The position numbers and the translations under genes are program-made. A DNA stretch of 64,000 bases from Lachnospiraceae bacterium (GTDB lineage: Bacteria > Bacillota > Clostridia > Lachnospirales > Lachnospiraceae): the NCBI GenBank assembly GCA_050944395.1, contig JBMNQZ010000003.1:22244-86243 (forward strand). Reading direction: 5' to 3'. Of this stretch, positions 9,713-17,880 are shown in pieces; the stretch's first letter is position 1; the number at the start of each line of letters is the position of its first letter. A model generated the notes under the pieces. That model ran no database searches. It was not told the DNA's origin and saw nothing but the letters and a program-made list of their open reading frames with translations.

Positions 9713-10774
9713 ATGACTGGATCCGGAACAGAGGGAGGAGCAAAGCCCTCGGCACTGGAAATAATAAAGAATTACAAAGGTCCGAAGATCAGAATAATGG
9801 AGGTGTGCGGCACGCATACACATGAGATATTCAGGCTCGGAATCAGAAAGATACTCCCGGAAAGCATAGAGCTGATATCCGGTCCCGGATGTCCGGTATG
9901 CGTTACGGAGGTTGGATTTATCGATATGGCAATTCTCCTTGCGAAGGAGCATGGATGTGTAATATGTACGTTCGGAGATCTTATCCGTGTGCCGGGAACA
10001 AACGGAAGTCTGGCGGATGCCAGGAGCACGGGAGCGGAAATAAAGATCGTGTATACTCCGTTGGATGCGTATACATTTGCGAAGGAAAATCCGGACAAGC
10101 AGGTGGTATTCCTTGCGGTGGGATTTGAGACGACTACTCCCGGAGCATGCCTTGCAGTCAAAAAAGCAAAGGAGGACGGGCTTAAGAATTTCTCGATCCT
10201 TGCGTCTAACAAGACCATGCCAAATGCTTACCAGGCGTTAAAAGGAAGTGCGGACGCTTTTTTGTACCCCGGACATGTTCATGCGATAACCGGTGAGGAG
10301 GAATGTGAAAGGCTCAGGGATGAGGGAATCTCCGGAGTGATCGCAGGCTTTACCGCAAAGGAGCTTTTGGCGGCGATCGCGGTTATTCTCAAAAAATATC
10401 AGGAGAAGGAGCCGTTTTTTGTAAATTGTTATCCCAGGGTCGTGACTAAAGAGGGAAGCATTTCCGGAAAGGCGATTATTAAGGAAGTGATGGAGCCCTG
10501 TGATATGCAATGGAGAGGACTCGGAACGATTCCAATGAGCGGGCTGAAACTGAGAGATGAATACGCGGAATATGATGCCGAAAGAAAATACGGAATTGAG
10601 CATATTGAGGGCAAGCCGAGTCCTGCGTGCCGGTGCGGAGAGGTGCTGCAGGGAAAATGCAAGCCTTCCGACTGCAAAGTTTTTGGAAAAGTGTGTACGC
10701 CGGAGCACCCGGTGGGAGCGTGTATGGTCTCGAACGAAGGTGCGTGCTCGGCATATTATCAGTATAGGATTTGA
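9713..10774 (+). CDS. hypD: HypD Fe-S scaffold protein
   Basis: Motifs GPGCPVCV and GFETT. C-terminal cysteine cluster CRCGEVLQGKCKPSDCKVFGKVCTPEHPVGACMVSNEGAC. Confidence 0.92.
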   Translation: MTGSGTEGGAKPSALEIIKNYKGPKIRIMEVCGTHTHEIFRLGIRKILPESIELISGPGCPVCVTEVGFIDMAILLAKEHGCVICTFGDLIRVPGTNGSLADARSTGAEIKIVYTPLDAYTFAKENPDKQVVFLAVGFETTTPGACLAVKKAKEDGLKNFSILASNKTMPNAYQALKGSADAFLYPGHVHAITGEEECERLRDEGISGVIAGFTAKELLAAIAVILKKYQEKEPFFVNCYPRVVTKEGSISGKAIIKEVMEPCDMQWRGLGTIPMSGLKLRDEYAEYDAERKYGIEHIEGKPSPACRCGEVLQGKCKPSDCKVFGKVCTPEHPVGACMVSNEGACSAYYQYRI

Positions 10775-10789
10775 TAGAGGTAAAGGATT

Positions 10790-11794
10790 ATGAACGATAC
10801 GGTAAAACTTGCGCACGGAGCCGGCGGAAAGCAGACTTCGGAACTTATTGAAAAGGTTTTTAAGGCACATTTCGCAAATGAACAGTTTACTGCGGATGAT
10901 GCGGCAGTCCTTTCTCTTCCGAAGGGAAGATTTGCGATGACAACAGACGGATTTATCGTTTCACCTTTTGAATTTCCGGGCGGAAATATCGGAAAGCTCA
11001 GCATTTGCGGAACAGTCAACGACCTTTCGTGCATGGGTGCGAAACCGCTGTATATGACCTGCGGATTTGTTATCGAAGAGGGATTTCCGATGGAAAAGCT
11101 TGAGATGATCGCGGCTTCCATGGAAAAGACCGCCGCAGAGGTGGGGGTTCGGATCGTTGCGGGAGATACAAAGGTTGCCGGGAAAGGCCAGGTGGACAAT
11201 GTATTTATTACAACTACGGGAATCGGAATTATTGAGGACGGCGCAGATACCTCGGGGGCGTACGCAAGGCCGGGGGATGCGGTCATCGTAACGGGAGACA
11301 TCGGAAGGCATGGCTGCACGATACTTCTTGAGAGAGAGGATCTGGGAATAGATGCGGAGGTGGCCAGCGACTGTGCGCCTCTTTGGAATACAGTGAAGGC
11401 AATGATGGATGTTTCGAAGGACATTCACGTAATAAGAGATGCGACCAGGGGAGGCGTGGGAACTGTCCTCTATGAGATCGCTGCGGAGAGTAATGTGGGA
11501 GTGAGAATCGAGACGGAAAGCATTCCTGTGGCCCCGGCGGTAAAGGGAGTGTGCGGAATGCTCGGACTCGATCCCATGTACCTTGCAAATGAGGGAACCA
11601 TGGTGGTGATCGTTCCCGATGATAAAAAAGAGGCGATACTTAATGCGCTTCATGAAGACAAATACGGAAAAAATGCCGCGGTTATTGGAAAGATAACCGA
11701 GGAAAACAAGGGAAGCGTGATAATTACAACAGAAATCGGCTCGGAGACAATGCTTCCTCAGCCGGGGGGAGAGATGCTTCCGAGAATCTGTTAA
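10790..11794 (+). CDS. hypE: HypE carbamoyl dehydratase (thiocyanate-forming)
   Basis: PurM-like fold signatures and the canonical C-terminal PRIC* motif. Confidence 0.92.
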   Translation: MNDTVKLAHGAGGKQTSELIEKVFKAHFANEQFTADDAAVLSLPKGRFAMTTDGFIVSPFEFPGGNIGKLSICGTVNDLSCMGAKPLYMTCGFVIEEGFPMEKLEMIAASMEKTAAEVGVRIVAGDTKVAGKGQVDNVFITTTGIGIIEDGADTSGAYARPGDAVIVTGDIGRHGCTILLEREDLGIDAEVASDCAPLWNTVKAMMDVSKDIHVIRDATRGGVGTVLYEIAAESNVGVRIETESIPVAPAVKGVCGMLGLDPMYLANEGTMVVIVPDDKKEAILNALHEDKYGKNAAVIGKITEENKGSVIITTEIGSETMLPQPGGEMLPRIC

Positions 11795-11859
11795 AAGGTG
11801 CCAGGCACAAGCACTAAAAGTGCCAGGCACAAACACTAAAAGTGCCAGGCACCTTTTTT
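11793..11859 (+). terminator. Terminator built from a tandem palindromic repeat (three GTGCCAGGCAC cores)
   Basis: Sequence: AAAAGGTGCCAGGCAC-aagcactaaaa-GTGCCAGGCAC-aaacactaaaa-GTGCCAGGCACC-TTTTTT. The outer arms AAAAGGTGCC/GGCACCTTTT are complementary, and a T tract follows. It begins at the hypE stop codon. Confidence 0.7.
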
Positions 11860-12032
11860 GCGCGGAATGTCTCCTGGAGAGTCTTGAGCTTTTAACAGCC
11901 GCATGCAGAATCCTCAGGACGAAGTGTATAGATCATGTGGAGGCTAATGAAGAAAGATGCTCGGAGCATCTGAAGGGCTCGCTGGAGGAAGTGACGAGAA
12001 GAGCTTCCGAAATAGGGTATGATAACGTATGA
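11820..12032 (+). CDS. Small aspartate-ammonia-lyase/fumarase C-terminal-domain-like ORF (truncated; start uncertain)
   Basis: The segment ...LLTAACRILRTKCIDHVEANEERCSEHLKGSLEEVTRRASEIGYDNV resembles the C-terminal region of AspA/FumC-family lyases (ANEERC...SL...IGY). The stop overlaps the hydE start (ATGA). The only in-frame start lies inside the repeat element, so translation is uncertain. Confidence 0.4.
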   Translation: MPGTNTKSARHLFCAECLLESLELLTAACRILRTKCIDHVEANEERCSEHLKGSLEEVTRRASEIGYDNV

Positions 12033-13081
12033 ATGACGAAGTTAGATCACTTATCGATAAACTAAATGAAAATAAGACGCTGGAAAGATCCGAGTGGATA
12101 GAAGTAATAGAGGGCTGCAGCGAAGAGTCGAGGGCCTATGCCGCACTTCTTGCGTGTGAGGCAAGAGAGCCGTATTACGGAAAAAAAGTATTTTTGCGAG
12201 GCCTTATAGAGTTCACGAATTACTGCAAAAACAACTGTTACTATTGCGGAATAAGATGCGGAAACAAAAATGTTAACAGATACCGTCTGACCAAAGAGGA
12301 GATAATGGCCTGCTGTGATGAAGGCCGGAATCTGGGCTTCAGGACATTTGTGCTTCAGGGCGGAGAGGATCCGTATTTTACCGATCAGAGGATAGTCGAG
12401 ATCATAGGGATGATAAAAGAAAAATTCCCTGACTGTGCCATCACACTGTCTATCGGCGAAAGGCCGAAGGATAGCTACAGGGCTTTCAGGGAGGCGGGCG
12501 CCGACAGATATCTCCTTCGCCATGAGACTGCCAATGAGGAACATTACCGCATGCTGCACCCCGAAAATCTGTCTGGCGAAAACAGAAAGCGATGTCTTTG
12601 GGATCTAAAGGAGCTCGGTTTTCAGGTCGGTGCGGGATTTATGGTCGGGGCGCCGTTTCAGACGAGCGGAACACTTGCGGAGGACATGTTGTTTTTAAAG
12701 GAATTAAATCCCGCAATGGTGGGAATCGGACCGTTTATCCCTCATCATGACACGTGCTTTGCCGGCAAACCTGCCGGAACGCTGGAGCAGACGCTTTATT
12801 TACTGAGTCTTATCAGAATAATGATTCCCCGGGTCCTTCTGCCCGCAACCACAGCCCTGGGAACGATAGATCCAAAGGGTCGGGAGAAGGGAATGCTTGC
12901 GGGAGCCAATGTTGTTATGCCGAACCTTTCTCCTACAGAGGTGAGAAAGGATTATCTCCTTTATGATAATAAGATATGTACGGGTGATGAGTCGGCACAG
13001 TGCAGGCGATGCATGGAACTCAGAATGGAAAACATCGGATATGAGATCGCCTACGGACGCGGAGATGCACTTAACATGTAA
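12029..13081 (+). CDS. hydE: [FeFe]-hydrogenase maturase HydE (radical SAM)
   Basis: Radical-SAM motif CKNNCYYCGIR. HydE-typical blocks RGLIEFTNYC, FVLQGGEDPYF and GADRYLLRHETAN. 350 aa. Confidence 0.88.
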   Translation: MNDEVRSLIDKLNENKTLERSEWIEVIEGCSEESRAYAALLACEAREPYYGKKVFLRGLIEFTNYCKNNCYYCGIRCGNKNVNRYRLTKEEIMACCDEGRNLGFRTFVLQGGEDPYFTDQRIVEIIGMIKEKFPDCAITLSIGERPKDSYRAFREAGADRYLLRHETANEEHYRMLHPENLSGENRKRCLWDLKELGFQVGAGFMVGAPFQTSGTLAEDMLFLKELNPAMVGIGPFIPHHDTCFAGKPAGTLEQTLYLLSLIRIMIPRVLLPATTALGTIDPKGREKGMLAGANVVMPNLSPTEVRKDYLLYDNKICTGDESAQCRRCMELRMENIGYEIAYGRGDALNM

Positions 13082-13102
13082 ATACTTTAATTGGAGGCTT
13101 AG

Positions 13103-13171
13103 ATGATGCAGGCATATAAAATGCAGTATATGAGATACTGCTTTAAAGACTGCAGATGTATAAGATACTGA
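13103..13171 (+). CDS. Candidate 22-codon mini-ORF (MMQAYKMQYMRYCFKDCRCIRY*)
   Basis: GGAGG at 13093-13097 lies 5 nt before ATG 13103. The ORF is below the track's size cutoff and sits in the hydE-hydF spacer. It may be a chance ORF. Confidence 0.25.
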   Translation: MMQAYKMQYMRYCFKDCRCIRY

Positions 13172-13202
13172 TCAAACGGTAATTTGATAGCAGGAGGGTA
13201 AT

Positions 13203-14399
13203 ATGAGCATGAACAGTACTCCTTCGGGAGAGAGGATCCATATAGGAATATTCGGAAGGCGAAATGCCGGAAAGTCGAGCCTTATTAATGCACTCACAGG
13301 CCAGAGCCTTGCCATAGTGTCGGATGTCCGTGGAACGACAACGGATCCCGTTTTAAAGGCTATGGAGCTGCTGCCTCTGGGTCCGGTCGTTATGATCGAT
13401 ACCCCGGGACTTGATGATGAGGGCGAGCTTGGAGTACTCAGGGTGAAGAAGGCGTATCAGATGCTGAACAAAACGGATATTGCCCTTCTGGTAGTTGACG
13501 CTTCGTGCGGAATGACGGATGCGGATCGGTCCATTCTTGAAAGGATCAGGGATAAAAAGATCCCGTATATCATCGTCTATAACAAATGTGATATGCTGGA
13601 GAACGCGGATAAAAAAGAGCAGCCGGGGGACACGATCTATGTTTCTGCCGAAAAGGGCATAAATATCTACGAACTCAAGGAGCGCATCGGAAAGGCTGTA
13701 AAGCTTGATGATGAAAAGCTCAGGATAGTCGGCGACCTTCTGAATCCGGGAGATTTCGCGGTACTGGTGGTTCCTATCGACAAGGCGGCGCCCAAGGGGC
13801 GGCTTATTCTGCCCCAGCAGATGGTGATAAGAGATATCCTTGAGGCCGATGCCACAGCGATCGTTGTGAAGGAACATGAGCTCAGGGAGACTCTTGAGGG
13901 ACTTTCAAAAAAACCCTTCATGGTCATTACCGACAGCCAGGTATTTGCAAAGGTATCCGCAGATACACCGGACGATGTGTACCTCACATCATTTTCTATC
14001 CTTATGGCAAGGTACAAGGGGGATCTGAAATCCCTCGCTGCAGGAGCCGGGGCGATAGAAACTCTTGAAGACGGGGATAAGATCCTTATTTCGGAGGGAT
14101 GCACCCACCACAGACAGTGTGATGATATCGGAACTGTAAAGCTCCCAAGATGGATAAGAAATTATACCGGAAAGGAAATCGAGTTTGAATTCTCTAGCGG
14201 TGTTGAATTCCCCTCCAATCTGGAAGAATACAAGATGATAATCCACTGCGGAGGCTGTATGCTCAATGAAAGAGAAGTAAAATACCGTATGAAGTGCGCC
14301 GCGGATGCGGGGAAACCGATGACAAATTACGGAACGGCTATTGCCTACATGCAGGGGATCCTTGAGAGGAGCATGGAGGTATTCGGGGATGAATATTGA
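13203..14399 (+). CDS. hydF: [FeFe]-hydrogenase maturation GTPase HydF
   Basis: G1 motif GRRNAGKSSLINALTG and G3 motif DTPGLDD. C-terminal cluster motifs EGCTHHRQC and HCGGC. Confidence 0.9.
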   Translation: MSMNSTPSGERIHIGIFGRRNAGKSSLINALTGQSLAIVSDVRGTTTDPVLKAMELLPLGPVVMIDTPGLDDEGELGVLRVKKAYQMLNKTDIALLVVDASCGMTDADRSILERIRDKKIPYIIVYNKCDMLENADKKEQPGDTIYVSAEKGINIYELKERIGKAVKLDDEKLRIVGDLLNPGDFAVLVVPIDKAAPKGRLILPQQMVIRDILEADATAIVVKEHELRETLEGLSKKPFMVITDSQVFAKVSADTPDDVYLTSFSILMARYKGDLKSLAAGAGAIETLEDGDKILISEGCTHHRQCDDIGTVKLPRWIRNYTGKEIEFEFSSGVEFPSNLEEYKMIIHCGGCMLNEREVKYRMKCAADAGKPMTNYGTAIAYMQGILERSMEVFGDEY

Positions 14400-14566
14400 T
14401 TTTTGATCCGGAATAATGAAAATAAGCAGGTTTAACATATTTTTTTGTTTGCCTAAATTAGCTTTTGATGATAAAATAATTACACAAATATACAAATATG
14501 GCAAAACTTTCGAAAGGAAGCGACGCAAAGTTTAGTATCTAAGTGTTATTGCATATGATTGACTGA

Positions 14567-14607
14567 CTGCGCATAGAGAGATTCTTCTATGTGCAGTTTT
14601 TGTTTTT
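14567..14607 (+). terminator. Rho-independent terminator downstream of hydF
   Basis: CTGCGCATAGA (14567-14577) pairs with TCTATGTGCAG (14586-14596) with one mismatch. TTTTTGTTTTT follows. Confidence 0.7.
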
Positions 14608-14683
14608 CGGTGATAAACCTTTTTATTATTCGGGCATTTCTTTCGAAGGCAGCCTTAATTATTTGACACCGGGGAGCCGCAAA

Positions 14684-15709
14684 ATGATCAGACTACGCGC
14701 ATTTTTTCGTATAATTACTTCTAAGACACAAAGAAAACCGAACTACAGGAAAAGAGTTCTTTACACCATTGATATCGCCCTTATGATACTTGTATTTGTA
14801 TTCGGCCTGATCACAGGCTTTGGGGGGGATGTTCTTCTGATGGTGTTCGTTCTGTTTCCTCTTGCCGCGATAGCGATCAAGGGGCTGGCGGTCGGAAGTA
14901 TCATCAGTATTTGTATGTTTCTGTTTTCCTGTCTTACCTTCTATGTGCCGGGTCTGATTCCGGATCATGGAAATTACTCAAAAGAAATGCAGATCGTTTT
15001 TCCGATAGTGTTCTTTGCGGCGTTTCTTATTTCCTTCGCGGTTCTGTACGACAGACAGCGAAAGATCATTTCGGCTTTTTCAAGGAGGAACACTCTGGAA
15101 ATGGCAGTTGAGAATGAGCATGACCGGCTTATGGCAATGACGACACAGACTATTTTGTCGATATCAAATGCCGTTGACGCAAGAGACCGCTATACCAAAA
15201 GGCATTCCGCCCGTGTTGCCGAATATTCGCTGTTAATTGCAAAAGAGCTGAACTGGGATGACAACAGACTTGAGCAGCTCTATCAGATAGCACTCCTTCA
15301 CGATATTGGAAAGATAGGAGTGAGCGACACTATTCTGAGTAAGGATTCGGCTCTTACGGAGGAGGAGTATGAAAAGATAAAGGAGCATACGGTGATCGGA
15401 GGAGAGATACTTAAAGACCTCACACTGCTTCCGAATGCTTCCATCGGAGCTATCCTGCACCACGAACAATACAATGGTGAGGGCTATCCTTACGGACTTA
15501 AAGGGGATCAGATACCTATTGAGGCAAGGATCATCGGCATTGCGGACGCCTTTGATGCAATGAATTCATCAAGAGTATACAGAAAAAGAATGTCCGCGGA
15601 AGATATCATGAATGAGCTGCTGGGCGGAAGGGGAACACAGTTCGATCCCGAACTGCTTGATATTTTTGTTCCCCATGCCCGGAGAATACTTGAAAATTCT
15701 GTGATTTAG
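14684..15709 (+). CDS. Membrane-bound HD-GYP domain protein (probable c-di-GMP phosphodiesterase)
   Basis: Several N-terminal TM helices. HD motif LLHDIGKIGV and HHEQYNGEGYPYGLKG (the GYP motif). The track start at 14591 overlaps the terminator hairpin; ATG 14684 has a GGGGAG RBS. Confidence 0.85.
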   Translation: MIRLRAFFRIITSKTQRKPNYRKRVLYTIDIALMILVFVFGLITGFGGDVLLMVFVLFPLAAIAIKGLAVGSIISICMFLFSCLTFYVPGLIPDHGNYSKEMQIVFPIVFFAAFLISFAVLYDRQRKIISAFSRRNTLEMAVENEHDRLMAMTTQTILSISNAVDARDRYTKRHSARVAEYSLLIAKELNWDDNRLEQLYQIALLHDIGKIGVSDTILSKDSALTEEEYEKIKEHTVIGGEILKDLTLLPNASIGAILHHEQYNGEGYPYGLKGDQIPIEARIIGIADAFDAMNSSRVYRKRMSAEDIMNELLGGRGTQFDPELLDIFVPHARRILENSVI

Positions 15710-15726
15710 CAAGAGGATGATTGACA

Positions 15727-17880
15727 ATGGCTTTTATTGGAAAAGGGCAGAACATTGCGCAGGTAACTACCGTTCTGATATGCGGCAGGACAGATCTGCT
15801 GTCGGAAAACTGCATAGATGTAGTATCGAATTCATACAATACTATTATTGCCGGGAAAACTTCTTTTGGCCGGAAGAAAAAAAGAGTCCATGTGTATGAG
15901 ACTCTTACTGACGACGAGAAATTCAGATGGATATTTGAGGCGTACTCCGTCGATGTCGTTTGGTATATCAGCGGATACACAGACATCGGTGAAGGACTTT
16001 ACGATGAGGTGAAAAATATCGGCAGTGTAATGGATAAATGCCGGGAATTCGGGGTTAATAAGGTTATTGTTCTGTCTTCTTTGGAGGCTCTGAACTTTCA
16101 TCCCCTGTTCGGAATAAGCAACGAGGTGATCAAAAAAATATTTGCCTCGGACAGAGCATACAATATCGCTCATTTTGAGGAAGCGGTAAGATTTTATTCC
16201 GAGAGCAAGAGTGTGAAGACAATTATCCTGAGGGCGCCTTATGTAGTCGATGACGTCAATTATGATAATTTCCTCGGAAAGATTTTCCGTCAGATGGATG
16301 AGGAAAGAAGGGTGGTTTTGCCGTACAGAGAGGAAAATCAGCTCGATTTTATCACCACAATGGATCTGGTTGAGCTTATGATGCTCATTTCCGAAGAGTA
16401 TACGGATGAGTCGGCGACCTATAATGTTTCCAGCGGATATCTCGAGACCTTCAAGTCCTTTGAGGAGGAGCTTAAGGTGCTGAATCCGGAGATAGAGGTC
16501 CGGTACGAGGCACTTCTTAATTACACCGGAGTCCAGCATTACAGTATCAATCTGAAAAAGCAGTACGGCTTTCTGCCCTCCGATAATGTATTTGCCTCAC
16601 TTCCGGAATATTATCAGAATTATAAAAAAGCATCGGGAAGGCTTAAAAAACAAAGAAGAGGGAAGCTGTTCGGGGGCAAGGTGCTGCCACTCCTGGTCAG
16701 ATATTTCGAGGTAATCTTTTTTGCACTGGTAATGCAGTTACTTTTATATCTCACCAAGGACTCCGTATATTTCAGATATGTGGACATACGCCTGTTTTAT
16801 GTGCTGGTAATGGGAACGGTACACGGAATGCAGGCCGGAATAGCAGCGGGAGGCCTGGCATGTGTATCCTTGCTTCTAAGCTTTAATTCCCTGGGGATTA
16901 CGGGGACGATGATCTTCTATAATATTGAGAACTGGCTTCCGTTTGTAATATTGCTGATGACCGGATCCATCACCGGATATGTGAGATCGGTCCATAACCA
17001 GAAAGTCACCTCGGTTGAGCGGGAGAATGAGCTGGTAAGAGAAAAGTACGTATTCTTAAATCAGGTCTATAACGGACTTATCGACAATAAGAGCAGATAC
17101 AAAAGACAGATCCTCGGGTATCAGGACAGCTTCGGAAAGATATTTGAGGCGGTTCAAAAGCTTGACAGTGCACTTCCGTCAGATATTTTCATGCACGGCA
17201 TCGGCATTTTGGAGGAGACTTTGGAAAATGATTCCGTTGCTGTATACACTCTGGATCAGAACGGCAGATACGGACGTCTCATGGCCTGCTCCGGAAAATA
17301 CATGCCGGTGCTCAAAAAATCGATCAATCTTGAGGAGCATGCCGAGCTTTTAGAGGTCACCGGTTCGGGAAAAATGTGGAAAAATTCCGAATTTGTCCGG
17401 GGTGAACCGGAGTTTGCATTCGGCATCAGAGATAAGGACAGCTTAAGGATCATCATAGCGCTCTATGAGGTCCGGGCCGATCAGAAGGGACTTTATTACG
17501 AGAATCTTTTCAGGATCCTTTGCGATCTTATCAGGCTTTCGTTCCTTCGCGCCCTTAAGTATCAGGAAGCGATCGATGATGAGAAGTATTATCCGGGAAC
17601 GGTCGTGCTGTATCCTGTTTATTACGAGGAAGCCCTTAAGGTTCAGAAGGAGATGAAAAATAACGGAATTTCCAATTACACCGAGATAAGATTTGATTCC
17701 TCGGATCCCGAGCTTGTTTACAGATTTATGAAGGGCAAAAACAGGCAGACCGATATTCTGGGATGCGGAAGTGACGGAAAGATTCATCTCATTCTTACTC
17801 AGACGGGCGAAGACAGCTTTGGATTTTTTGAAAAGAGAATGGCGGGCAGTACGATCGGTTATGAAAAGGTGGAGCAATGA
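15727..17880 (+). CDS. pelD: PelD-like protein: degenerate SDR/epimerase-like N-domain, a TM segment, and a GAF/GGDEF-like cytoplasmic region
   Basis: It sits at the head of a pelE/A/F/G-ordered cluster. The N-terminal ~300 aa are NAD-epimerase-like. Central hydrophobic helices span aa ~330-420. The C-terminal ~290 aa are soluble. The architecture matches the SDR-fused PelD described for Gram-positive pel loci. Confidence 0.6.
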   Translation: MAFIGKGQNIAQVTTVLICGRTDLLSENCIDVVSNSYNTIIAGKTSFGRKKKRVHVYETLTDDEKFRWIFEAYSVDVVWYISGYTDIGEGLYDEVKNIGSVMDKCREFGVNKVIVLSSLEALNFHPLFGISNEVIKKIFASDRAYNIAHFEEAVRFYSESKSVKTIILRAPYVVDDVNYDNFLGKIFRQMDEERRVVLPYREENQLDFITTMDLVELMMLISEEYTDESATYNVSSGYLETFKSFEEELKVLNPEIEVRYEALLNYTGVQHYSINLKKQYGFLPSDNVFASLPEYYQNYKKASGRLKKQRRGKLFGGKVLPLLVRYFEVIFFALVMQLLLYLTKDSVYFRYVDIRLFYVLVMGTVHGMQAGIAAGGLACVSLLLSFNSLGITGTMIFYNIENWLPFVILLMTGSITGYVRSVHNQKVTSVERENELVREKYVFLNQVYNGLIDNKSRYKRQILGYQDSFGKIFEAVQKLDSALPSDIFMHGIGILEETLENDSVAVYTLDQNGRYGRLMACSGKYMPVLKKSINLEEHAELLEVTGSGKMWKNSEFVRGEPEFAFGIRDKDSLRIIIALYEVRADQKGLYYENLFRILCDLIRLSFLRALKYQEAIDDEKYYPGTVVLYPVYYEEALKVQKEMKNNGISNYTEIRFDSSDPELVYRFMKGKNRQTDILGCGSDGKIHLILTQTGEDSFGFFEKRMAGSTIGYEKVEQ

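Noticed and set aside
6962-11794. [NiFe]-hydrogenase gene cluster
   Set aside because: Only hypF, hypC, hypD and hypE are present. No large or small subunit, endopeptidase, hypA or hypB occurs anywhere in the 64 kb on either strand.
10759-11836. Long antisense ORFs (221 aa and 291 aa) opposite hypE
   Set aside because: They fully overlap a gene with canonical HypE motifs. Their translations are low-complexity, Ser/Pro/Arg-rich shadow frames. Four other antisense ORFs are rejected on the same grounds:
- 25452-26354, opposite cotH;
- 30897-31793, opposite iorA;
- 38249-39088, opposite ilvD;
- 44250-44909, opposite leuB.
14591-14683. Upstream extension of the HD-GYP ORF from GTG 14591
   Set aside because: The extension overlaps the terminator hairpin and U tract at 14567-14607. 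ATG 14684 has its own RBS and begins right before the first TM segment.
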